In this document: in pieces, positions 37,780 through 49,919 of the stretch | Layout of the letters: each line of letters opens with the position of its first letter | Numbering within the stretch: position 1 is the stretch's first letter | NCBI GenBank assembly: GCA_053919585.1 | Contig: CM132794.1 | Length of the DNA: 64,000 bases | Direction: 5' to 3' (one strand) | From: Euprymna scolopes | Taxonomy: Eukaryota | Position numbers and translations under genes: made by a program | The notes under the pieces: generated by a model | Told to the model about the DNA's origin: nothing | Database searches by the model: none | Seen by the model: only the letters and a program-made list of their open reading frames with translations

Positions 37780-39435
37780 GAACTGGTAGAAAAAATCTAA
37801 TAGACCAACTAAGAAACACCAAAAAAAACAACAATTGCACTTTTAGCATCCGTCTTTACACACAGCACAATCAACCTAGAACTATTTACAAAGATAACAA
37901 AAAAACCTAAGACTTTTCAATCAGAACGATAAACTAAGCAACATACTTAAAACAACAAAAATAATAAAAAGCAAACGCATACCTAAAAACATAAAACACA
38001 TAAGTCTCCTCTAACCTCAACCAACTACAAACAGGAGGTACAAAATGCAGCAAGCATCAATGTGGATTTTGTGACATAGTAATGAATGAAACACAAACAC
38101 ATTCAATACCCCAATAGAAATATTCAGAAAAGAGCATCTTAATAGCATTTCCAGAAATGTACTGTATGTATTAATATGCACGGTATGAGACAAATCTTAC
38201 ATAGGGCCCCACCAAAAAACCTCAGAACAAGAGTGTCCTTGCATAAGAAGAACATTAAAATTGCAGATAACATACATCAATATGTTTCCAAACACGTACC
38301 AACATGCAGTTGAAAAAAATGTTAAAAATAATGCCAATCTTCTAAACAGACCACTACTTTTATTTGCTTTCACAGGAAAAATATAACAAGATTCCGAATT
38401 CGACAGAGATTAATATCAATACACATCAAAAAACGAAATGCAAAAAACACTAGCACGCACATAATACACATGTATACCCACACACATTAATAAGAACTGG
38501 CACATGAAATAAACACACACTCGCATACAGTCACACTCAGCCACAAACCGTCATTTCTAATATAACACATTGAACAGTAAAAACTTTACGTTACTACGAA
38601 GCAACTAACACGAAGAAATACAGTTTCTAGCTGTTGCGACACTGCTCGGACCCTCCTACCCTCAGCCAGTTGACGAGAAATCATTCCTGACTGAAACAAA
38701 TCTCATTCTTATTCTTGTGGCTTTTGGGTTGCGATATCTTTCCAATACTGAAATCCTATCCTATGTCTGGCCCTGTTGACCTAGGGACACAAATAAATTG
38801 GAACACTAAAAACCCGTATGTCTATCTATAAATACGCCTCTTAATATAAACAAAGATAATATTATGAATACACCAAGCGATTTAAACTAAAGCGAAAACC
38901 AAAATAGAAAGAAATCTAAAAATTAAAAAAAATTGATGGAACCATTTCTATTAAATTACGCATCCTCTAAGGGTTAAATAAAACTATCAGAAATAGCACA
39001 CATTCTACCAACCAATGCAAGGAAACACACACAGACACAGACACAGACACAGACAATCATACACCTTCCATCACAAAGGAACACACAGAGAATAGCGCAC
39101 TTGTATTACACACTACCGCCGTGTCCTACACCTCCACTCAAGTAAGAAGAAGAAAAATTAAAAAATGATAAGGAGAATAAGGAGAAGTAAGAAGAAGGAA
39201 AAAAAAGATAAGGACAATAAGGAGAAACGTAAGGAAACGGAGGGAAAAGCAAAATACAGCAATGATCCTGGTATCATTACCAATAAGTCAGGTGATTGCG
39301 ACACACATCATGAAGATCTTTAAATCATTTTCAGCTATTTCCACCTCTTTTAAATTTCATATTTTACATTTTTATACTATCTTAAGATGACACTTCCCAT
39401 CACGTCGGAAACGCGTTAAAAACTATTTCGATAAT
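37780..39435 (+). mobile_element. Inverted PLE arm: GIY-YIG end, 3' tail and pseudo-LTR
   Basis: NVLYVLICTV*DKSYIG (GIY-YIG). Reverse complement of 36343-36850 plus 28950-30070. Degenerate hammerhead cttaaga-tgac...gtcg-GAAA-CGCGT-T at 39381-39417. Confidence 0.8.
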
Positions 39436-40249
39436 TTATAAAATACTAGACTACCTGTGACCAGTTGGGGCAGTATGTTATATTAGATATGGAATTAATG
39501 TATGGGTGTGACCCTGTTACGAAAAGAAAATAAGGTTTTTTGTGACAGAGACATTTCTATGAAATTCTGCTAAATGAAAAAAGAATATGGATAGATTCTA
39601 TTAGTTGTTCTGTTTATAATTGTTTAAGAAAAAAAAACTTACACCCATTGAATGATAAGTGGTTTGCACTGAACAGATACCGTAATACTTAAAGTTAAGT
39701 TCTAATTTTGATATATCTTTTAATTTACACGCGAAAAAAAAACAATCGGGACGGTGAAACGGACACATTACAACAATACCTTTTATTGTCGCGTTTATTA
39801 TGTACGCATGCGCAATAGGAAGTCGTAAACCGGATGTGTGGTTACTACACCTATTACGAGGTCATTTGAGTTTTATAATTATATAGATTAGAATGAGTTT
39901 AATAATTATACAAATTTTAAATAAAGATACGACAGATTAAATTAATTATTAATGTAAAAAATACATAATNNNNNNNNNNNNNNNNNNNNNNNNNNNNNNN
40001 NNNNNNNNNNNNNNNNNNNNNNNNNNNNNNNNNNNNNNNNNNNNNNNNNNNNNNNNNNNNNNNNNNNNNNNNNNNNNNNNNNNNNNNNNNNNNNNNNNNN
40101 NNNNNNNNTTGGGGAGAAAGTCTATACATATATTATTGAATTACTTTTTGAAAAATAGTGTCAAATAAAATTGTCTTTACATGATTTATAAAAAAGTATA
40201 TTTTATCATTTGAGTTTTTATCTCACAAGTTATATGTTATTATTATTAC

Positions 40250-40515
40250 GCGGGTAACATTAAAAACAGAGAATCAGTAATTATGTCCCAGAGCCTAGCT
40301 GGAGTCCGAACACGGTACCCCTGTAGTAATAATAATAAAGTGTTGGGTTAGTGACTCCTAACAAACGGTTCCCCAGTTCGATATAAAACACCTGATGGAA
40401 GTCGGTGGGCAAAACGGCCGAAAGGTTGTGACTATAACAACCAAGATGAGGAAGTCTGTCCGACAATCTCAATCAATGAAAACACATCATTTCAAAAATA
40501 CAGACAATTACAATA
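40250..40515 (+). mobile_element. Short hammerhead-bearing repeat (family B)
   Basis: CAC CTGATGG aagtcgg...cggcc GAAA GGT T GTG at 40389-40430. Stem I CAC/GTG is intact; the core is slightly mutated. Confidence 0.55.
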
Positions 40516-40760
40516 GAAAACGTTGTTAGAGAAACAGGAAAAAAGAAAAGTTACGATTGAATTTTTTTCTAGTGATTAAGCAAGGAACAGAAACATCCGG
40601 TGTTGAGATTAACAATAGTATAATATAAAATAAAACTACATGATATGTCAATATATTGAACACTCAGAAATGTGCCAGTAGATTTAAACTACAATTAAAG
40701 ATGGGCTACGCTTATTTAATTGAAACTACTGAAAAAAAAATTAACTTACATCACGACTGT

Positions 40761-40813
<53 letters not shown>

Positions 40814-41416
40814 GTTATTATTATTACTAAAGACCGATCTTATAAAAAAATAAATAAAAATATAAGGCGAGGTAAATTGCGTTATCTCCAATCTTTGTAT
40901 TTACAACAGCTTATAAAGAAGCTAAACGTTGCTTTCTTTTTGCACTTTAAGCAGGATAATATATATTTAATACTTATTATGCTTGTAAAATTTTGTATAT
41001 TAAAAAATTGACATTAAAACTGCAATCATTTGCATAAAGGTAGTACATTTCTGAAGGTTACGTAGTGTAATATTTTAATCTAATCATTTTTACGTAACTA
41101 ATAAAAGAAAACATTCAACAGAGAAAATAATTACAAATGGACGTTATTATGTATATAAGCATGCTTGATCTACGTTTATATAAATGAATTTGACTTATAA
41201 ATTTCGAATATTAAAGAAAAAAACTAATTATTGCAAGTTACTACATGCAAGGTAGATTATATGAATTAATAAAGTACTCTATTAAATGATGAGTATTATT
41301 AAAGCAAACCCAATAATAATTAAAATTATATCATATTCTTCTTTCTCATTTTATATCTTAATATAATTTAGACATTTTTGTCTATATTTGAAAGTTATAT
41401 ATATATATATATATAT

Positions 41417-41479
<63 letters not shown>

Positions 41480-41499
41480 TTGTTTCATCTCATTATTTA

Positions 41500-42640
41500 T
41501 CTAAATGATCCAATCTAGGTATGGACCTCTTCTGTCGGCAGATAGATGGTCTGAAGCGCGCTGGAGACAGACACGAGGGTTTCAAATGAAAACTCGATCG
41601 GAGTCGGAACAAGATTTTAAAGCTATCGGCTTCATATGATCAGTCACATTTTGGATTATCTAATAAATGTTGGCCGATCAAAAAAACATTGATTATTGTG
41701 GGTAGGGTTGAGGAGAATTTTATTTTTGTTTCTATGGAAGTTTCCTATTAAAAATAATACAGGGCAGAACAGACGGAATGACATTATTTTTAGTCTGTTT
41801 TTGTTGATGAATAACAGATACACCTTTTTCTCCAAGCACTGCCAACTTAAGATATACAGAACATAAAGACTCAAGTGTAATATTCTTGTTAAATTGTTTT
41901 ATTATACATTTCATATACTAATACAGCTATACTATCTGTTGTGACTTTATCATACTGAACATACTCCCCCATCATTAGCAGAAAACTATTTTACTAACTA
42001 CATTCTCTCAGTTTTGTTCGAAAACGTGATAAATATTTATTGGGTTTCAATGGAGAGCCTTTGGGTCCTATCTTTCCGACATATTTGATGGAGTTTATTA
42101 AGTAAAGCCTTTTAAATCCCAAAATTACCCTCCTGATTCATATTCCCGTTATGTTAATAATTCATTTGAGTCATCCCTTCCTCGGGACCTTGCTTTAGAT
42201 TTTGTGGCTCACCTGGATTCCTTACATCACGCCTTGTCTTTTACTAGGAAGAGTGAAATAGATTATCCCCAACCCTCATCTGTCGATATTTTGGTTGAAA
42301 AGTCTAGAGGTGTTTTTTTCTACACACGGAAAACCAACTTTACCGGGTGTATATATTGAATAATATTAATTCCCATTAAAATCTACCAAGTGGACGTTGA
42401 TTAAAACATAAATACATTGGGTTATGTTTATCTGTTCCACCATGTCGACTAGGTACTGAAATTCAAACGTTGGAGAACTTCTTGTCGATAAGGCTACCCT
42501 GAATTCATTATTCACAAATGTATTTAATTTCAAAGTATCCAATGTAACAAAGATATAACCCTGAACCTTCAAAAGTGTCCTCTGTATCTTCAGTTGCTGT
42601 TGTATAGAGAAGTGTTTGTCCCTCTTATAAATCAACTTAA
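41500..42640 (-). mobile_element. Degenerate Penelope-like element
   Basis: IGQHLLDNPKC...FKILFRLRSSFHL...PSICRQK (PLE endonuclease C-terminus, as in 56660-56830) and YLKL. Weak RT-like remnants at 42300-42600. Confidence 0.7.
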
Positions 42641-42685
42641 GCTATTAATACGAGACACGCAATTCCTTACATGTAAACGTATATA

Positions 42686-42730
<45 letters not shown>

Positions 42731-42736
<6 letters not shown>

Positions 42737-45700
42737 GTAAGCTGAATGTCTCTTTGTGTGTGTCGTGTCACAAATAGGCTCCTATATGCTTGACTATTTA
42801 AAAAAAAAACTGATTACATATAATGCTAGAAGATGTATCGAGGATAAGGAACGGGTATGTTTGATCTGACAGAACGGTGGCTCATAAAACCTGTGGCGTC
42901 TGGGTTCGCGCCTGACCACCCAAAGTAGTGACATAAAAAAATGAAAGAAAACGTTTACAATGGATTTTAATATAGATGCACATAAGAATAATTTAATAAC
43001 TATGTTTCAACTTAAATAGGGATTGTATAATAAAATCGTGGGGTCTGAGTTTACGTCTGTACTCCATCGAAATAGGGCACAAACTTTAACAAAGACTTTT
43101 CGTATCTATTTGCGTAAGTATACTTTGATAATTATGGTTCAGTTTGAAGAAATATGGTATAATAAAATTATTGGGTGTTCGTTCGCGCGTGCCCTCCATA
43201 GAATGTAAATATATCACAAAGTTTTACAAGGTTTTTTAAATCGGGACGAAGGCCCACAATACTGCCTTTACCTTAATCTTAATTCACGTTAGCTTTTATT
43301 TATTTTTTTGGAGTTGAATCATATTGTGTCGAATAAATTCACCTCACAAATTCACGTTCTTATTAAAGTGAAAGCCAAAAAAAAAAAAAAAAAATCGGAA
43401 CTTTAGACAATTCTCGACACAAATTTTTCATAACTCTGTTTTTTCCTTCTCCACTTGCACCTGCCACTCTTTCGAAAATAGATAAATAGATAAATAATAA
43501 AAAAAGTACGTTGCTTGGTTTCGTGTCAAAAGAAGAAAAAATCCTGCTCACATGATTACGTGTATTTTGAAAACATTTACATAAGGGTGTTATTTTTATT
43601 TATATATCTGCTTAAGCTTTTTTGTCAGTGTATTAGAAGGAATTCAGTTGATTACAACCCTTTCTGCGTGTTCTTTACATAACATTAGTACACCTTGCAT
43701 CCGACGGCGAAATACTACACCTTTCAATACTGCAAAACTGAAACGAAGCTGTTCTAGCAGTATCAGAATTTTTTGTGAAAATAGCGAATAATTCCACCCC
43801 ATCTTTCCAAGCTTATAACTCCTCGAAAAATGCAATTCAAGCCCTAATTTTTTTTTCAATTAAAGGAGCAAGGACCAAGATTTCATTAAAAAAAAAAAAA
43901 AAAAAAAAACGTGTTTTTTTTTTTTTAAAGGTTTTAAACTTCGGACTTTACAGGTAAAATTCGACGAGAACACGATGTCCGTTTTTTTTTAAATTTGAAT
44001 ATATTATGTATTGACCTTTTCTCTTCAATTTGTGAGTAAATAATTATGTACTTATCCGAGTCGAAATTAATTATTATTAGACATTTACAAAATTGGAGGC
44101 GTGAATTATTCGACCCCCTGTCTTTCCAAGCTTATAACTCCTCGAAAAATGTAATTCAAGCCCTAATTTTTTTTTCAATTAAAGGAGCAAGGACCAAGGT
44201 TCCATTAAAAAAAAAAGAAAAAAGAAAAAACAAATAACGTGGTTTAAAAAAAGGTTTTAAACTTCAAACTTTACAGGTAAAATTCTACAAGAACACGATG
44301 TCCGTTTTTTTTTTAATTTGAATATATTATGTATTGACCTTTTCTCTTCAATTTGTGAGTAAATAATTATGTACTTATCCGAGTCGAAATTAAGTATTTA
44401 CTTTGTAATAGACACTTAACAATTGGGATGGGGGGGGAACCGTGAATAAAAAAAAAAAAAACGTTTGTCTAAAATATTATATTCGGTTTATTGGAAAGAA
44501 CATAAAATTTCACATTGACCCTGAAAATATCGTAAAAATAGAATCAATAGAAAAATTTTGATAGATTTTTAAAATTTAAAAATTTAAAAATATTGAGTTC
44601 GGAAAATTCATTACTGTTTAAAAAAAAAAATATATTTTTATTACTTTTAAAACAACTGTAATAGTTTATTTTGGAAGTATAATCCATAAAGAAAATAAAT
44701 AACCCACTTTTAACAGAGAAATTACGAGATTTTTATATTGTATTCGCAGTTTCGTGTTAGGGGTGTCAAAAATTCCTACAAAAATTCTGATAGTGCTAAA
44801 GCTGTTCTGCTTGAAAAGGGAGCCCTTTTCTTCTTATTTATATTTATATCGATTGGTTGTTTTAAAAAAAACTAAAGAAATTACGTGTTTACTTCTTTAA
44901 TATCCCATTTTGCTGTTTCGGATTATTTTACTAAAGTAAGTAAATCTTCATTATTTTTCAAAACTGTTTTTGTTTCTTTGTTTTTCGATATTTCGTCGAG
45001 ATTATGTAGTAAGAGTGTTTAGCAGAAAAGCCAACAAACGACTACTCGGAAAATAAATATACAAGAAATAAATGTTACCATAATCAATAAAAGTTCAGTT
45101 TTTTTTCTTGTTTGGAAATACGTTTTAATGCTCTTTACTTTAAATAATTTCAGCGAACCGAAATTAAAACGAAATTTGAGGCGATAACTACTTAAATGAT
45201 TTTTTTTATATATACTACACATGCCGTAATCGAATATTCCTCAAGTACAAAAAAACGGAAAAAATTAAAACAGGTTTATAAATATTTCTTACATTGACGG
45301 AACTCTCTTAAATTGTTAACACCGGATGCTTAGGTGCCCCTCCTCCAAATTGAAAACGGGGCTGTTTATTACAAAGTCGATGTAATTTTGATTTTTTGTT
45401 TAAACCAGTTTGTCAATCATTTTTTTTTTTACAAACTACTTAAAAATACAAACCAATGAAGATTTTCTACCATGAAAGTAACTTGGATTAACTATGGTCA
45501 CATATATTTCTTGTATGTTTATATTATTATATATATAAGATTTTCTCTTTGTAAGGAACATCATTTTGTTGGCCACTCTTGGGTATGAATGGAAACACAG
45601 TTGATACAAAACAATATATTATCGCGAAAATTATCTTTACTTTCATCATATTTTGCTTAGGGTGAACTTTTTAAGTATCAAAACCAATCTATTTACTACC

Positions 45701-45792
45701 CCCTCCTTTTCATAACCTATCATACTTTCATCAATAACAATCCGTTTTCTTCAGGCTGTTTTTGAACCCAGTCAACGACGGTACTTCTGCTA

Positions 45793-45793
<1 letters not shown>
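42731..45793 (+). mobile_element. Helitron-like element (family 2) interrupted by or carrying extra sequence
   Basis: 42850-43235 matches 14755-15145, and 45635-45793 matches 15235-15393 including the CTAG-T end. Between (TA)n tracts. Confidence 0.65.
43755..44798. mobile_element. MITE with ~22-bp TIRs and 9-bp TSD (MULE-like)
   Basis: Left TAGCAGTATCAGAATTTTT and right AAAAATTCTGATAGTGCTA. AAGCTGTTC occurs at both 43746-43754 and 44799-44807. Internal ~270-bp direct repeat (43802-44070 / 44121-44393). Confidence 0.85.
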
Positions 45794-45880
<87 letters not shown>

Positions 45881-46218
45881 TTATTGACGTCTTCCTCTAG
45901 TGTATATATTTTTGTGTGAAATATACTAAAGTTTATCTTTTATTCTCGTATAATCATATGCTGGATAAATCTTATTTACGGGTACTCTTTTGCGTGTTTT
46001 TTACTTCTCCGCCAATGTCTCTCTAATATATATTATCCATCCTTTTTCTCTCACTTCTTCCTCTGTTGTACATATTTTTCATGATAATTGTTTATATGTT
46101 CTCATGTTTATCTATTTTTTACTTTGTCCGGTTTCTTTCTTTCATTGTTTTTAAATCGAAATGCATCGCGTGCCACTTATTTAGATGCAGAAAGACGTAT
46201 CATGTAAGAAGGGTCGCT

Positions 46219-46284
<66 letters not shown>

Positions 46285-46293
<9 letters not shown>

Positions 46294-46520
46294 AATGATT
46301 GGGGTCACAAACAATTGTGCTGTTATACCTATTTTATTATTTCATATTTTCACTTTATTATTTTAAATATTTAGATTATTGAAATAATTTTTGAAATAGT
46401 GTAAACGCGTTTCGTATGTGCAAGTTTTTTAATGTCCACTTCAGAACGTTTTTAAATTATACAAAATGGACAATATTGAAAATGTAGAATAGCTTTTTAA
46501 CTTTTCATTTTGATGTTAGA
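46285..46520 (-). mobile_element. Isolated PLE pseudo-LTR terminus (family A)
   Basis: (TA)n-tttaaatgattggggtcacaaacaa terminus. Minus strand CTGAAGT...GAAACGCGTT at ~46404-46444. Confidence 0.6.
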
Positions 46521-47672
46521 ACAGAGTTTGTTACACTCATTTCCTATACTTATTTAGACTGTTTTTTGTGAAAAACTCAATATTATTGGTGAGAGTCATT
46601 TGTTGTAATAATCCGAACTTAATTTGAGCAAGAAGTACGATTACTGTCATTGTTAATATAAATAATCTTAAGTAGTGAGGTGATTGTATGCTTCTTTTTA
46701 TGAAGGTCAATGCTAATTCTGATGATGGTTCTTGATTTCCCCTTGCATGAATGAGGTAAACGTAATGTCTTATACCTCCTCCAAACCCACACCCACANNN
46801 NNNNNNNNNNNNNNNNNNNNNNNNNNNNNNNNNNNNNNNNNNNNNNNNNNNNNNNNNNNNNNNNNNNNNNNNNNNNNNNNNNNNNNNNNNNNNNNNNNNN
46901 NNNNNNNNNNNNNNNNNNNNNNNNNNNNNNNNNNNTTTACGCATTCCATTGTTTATATGCCTCAAATATATCTGCTAGTTTTATATCAGGATTAGTGTGA
47001 GCAGTGGCGCCAACTTGTCTGATTTCTGCTCAATAAAAATGCTAAGTTATTGAGGCTTGCACAGTAAAATTCGCTTTGGATTCATAGCGATGTGTGATCC
47101 GTAATAAAACTCAACATGCCTACTAACAATACGCAAAAATATTGTGGCGCACGATGTTATGGGCAATACTATGCATTTGTAACGACAATAAATAATATAT
47201 TTATCTTGTAATTTCCGTGTCCAGAATGACGATGACAATATGATTATTCTGGAGATTTTTGAATGTCATGTGAAGCATGTTTTGAGCAATATCAAACAAT
47301 TCCAATCTTTAATCGGCACTGCTAGGTTCTAAAATGAGATAGAGGTCAGGAAGACCTTGTATCAATGCTAGAATAAGCGGGAGTGTATATAGCATTTAAT
47401 ATTCACAAATAATAAACCGTGTCGTCCTTATAAAACTTACTGGTGTGTAAACATGGGTATACTCTATCGGTTATGCGATATTTAGCGTATTTTTTATGTG
47501 CCAGTTTAAGTGGTCAATGCTATATTGGGAATTTAGTAAGATGTTTTCCATATTTCGAGAAAACCATAAATAGTATATTTTCCTGACTTCTTAGTGGGCA
47601 AAATATCTTCGATATCCTTTCAGCATTTTCCCATAGAGAAGAATGGTGTATTACTGTACCTTTTCATTTTTA

Positions 47673-48318
47673 CTAGCGAGGCTGCCCAGCGTTGCCTGGG
47701 TGTGCGAACGTCTGTGTGTAGGGGTGGATCAAAACAAGCCTATTAAAAAGACGTTAGCCGGGTGTTTGGAGGTGTAAAAAGTAAAAAAAAACCGTTTTGG
47801 TAGGAAGGTAGGCTCGAACCCGAAGCCTTGATGAGAAGGTAGAAAAGAAAAGGTAAACACCCTAACAAGAATGGCAACGAAAGGAAAGGAAAAGTGAAAA
47901 CTGTCCTTATTTAACGTTTGTAAAATGAACTTGACAGGAGCGAGACTTTAATAACGTCAAATATTATGCGACTTAAGTTAGTCACTGCAAGCCAGTTTCT
48001 GCGTATTTGTTTGTTTTCCCTGCTAAATTAATAGCCATCGTCTGATATGACGTGTTTTGGGACGTTTGAGGCAGAGCACACAAATTTGTCTCACAGTTTC
48101 GCTTTTTTATACAGAAAAACGAAACGAAAACAATCCCGAAAATAGCGAATAAAAGCCAGGTAAATTAAAGATAGACGCGACCCTCGTTCATAACTCGTAG
48201 ATATTATGATTTAGACAATATAGAAGGTTTTAAGGAGAAACCCGACCGAGCGAGCGTCCTCCCCCAAAAATAATTTCCCGGACATACAGAAAAATGTTCA
48301 GACACACACATATCTTCG

Positions 48319-48325
<7 letters not shown>
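47673..48325 (-). mobile_element. Non-autonomous Helitron-like element
   Basis: Minus strand ends CCCAGgcaacgCTGGG-cagcctcg-CTAG-T and starts tatataagcgaagatatgtgtgtgtctg. Shares gtaggaagg.ag.ctcgaacccg with ~6308-6330. Confidence 0.7.
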
Positions 48326-48377
<52 letters not shown>

Positions 48378-48815
48378 GGTAGGCCGAACACAGAGCAATA
48401 TGGTTTACCTTTAGAAATTATTCAGAAGTACCTATTCAAACTACAAGACCGGTACACATTTTTTTTTATTCTTTGTACATAATTTATAAGAAAATAGGTC
48501 TTACGGGCAAGGTTTTCCAGATACTGTACGCTAGAGTAAGACAATACTATAATATTATCATTGCGAAGTTCAATTTTTCTGATATGCTTAATAGACAATA
48601 TTTGAATATTTAAATTTTACGCAGTTCCAAATATATAATCAAGTTCCAAACGGTTCTCACATAGTCTATATAACAAATTAATTAACTTATGACAAAGTTT
48701 TACATGAAATATGTAAAACATTATCGATGCAAAAAAATGAGATTTTACTCACTATAGGAGTTTTAACATTAGACTTAATTGACATATAGACGTTTAGAAA
48801 AGAAGATACGCTAAC

Positions 48816-48873
<58 letters not shown>

Positions 48874-49919
48874 ATGAATCTTGTAATCCTTAACTTACTT
48901 ATTAATAGTTTATCTTTTTTATTTTTTATATAATTCATCTATTTTTTTCATATATTAGTAAAAATAGTAAACGTATTATTTTACATTTTTATTTATTGGG
49001 GGAGTGGTATTATCCACTGGAGAGGCAGGCATTTAACAGCTCTCCTGTTTTTAAATCTCCGAAACATCTACATGATAAGCAGCTGAAGATCCATGTTTAT
49101 TATTTACAACATTTCAGTTAAGGTTTTCTCTTTCATACTTATGGACTTAAATTCTGTTTTCAAATTTTAGACTTTTGCAAAATCGCCATATGCAAGCGCT
49201 AAATCTATTTCTTTTTAACAACATTATTTCATGCGTTTTGTATTCTTCCTCCTTATATAAATGGATTCTCTTTTGTCATTATAATCGTTTTAGAAGTCGG
49301 ATTATGTCGGTGCTAAGTTAACATTCTTTTTTTTATTTCCTTCCGGGAATGTAAACGGCATTCTTTAATATTATTTTGACACTTTTCTTNNNNNNNNNNN
49401 NNNNNNNNNNNNNNNNNNNNNNNNNNNNNNNNNNNNNNNNNNNNNNNNNNNNNNNNNNNNNNNNNNNNNNNNNNNNNNNNNNNNNNNNNNNNNNNNNNNN
49501 NNNNNNNNNNNNNNNNNNNNNNNNNNNNNNNNNNNNNNNNNNNNNNNNNNNNNNNNNNNNNNNNNNNNNNNNNNNNNNNNNNNNNNNNNNNNNNNNNNNN
49601 NGAAAAGTTGGCGTTAACTCCGAGATAAAAGCGTTGCCTAAATTTAAATTGGATATTAAGTTTAGTAAGCCTATGTAACTCAAGCGCAGTTTTAGATAAA
49701 CATTATATGTTTATATAAGTGTGATTGACACCATCGCGTCTTCAGGATAGAAATAGTTTTATTTTCTCGTGGTATGATGGCATTATAAAAAACATGTCGC
49801 CTTGTTGTTTTCAACGATAATTTATTAAATGTCTAAGTGTGGGGATATTTAATATAATTGTTGTTTTTTTTTCTTCGTGATAAAAGCTTTTTTTTAATTA
49901 AAAATCGAAAATGCATGTT

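Noticed and set aside
46540-46790. Weak LINE-like peptide (TFIKRSIQ...LRLFIL)
   Set aside because: Too degenerate to assign without a search.
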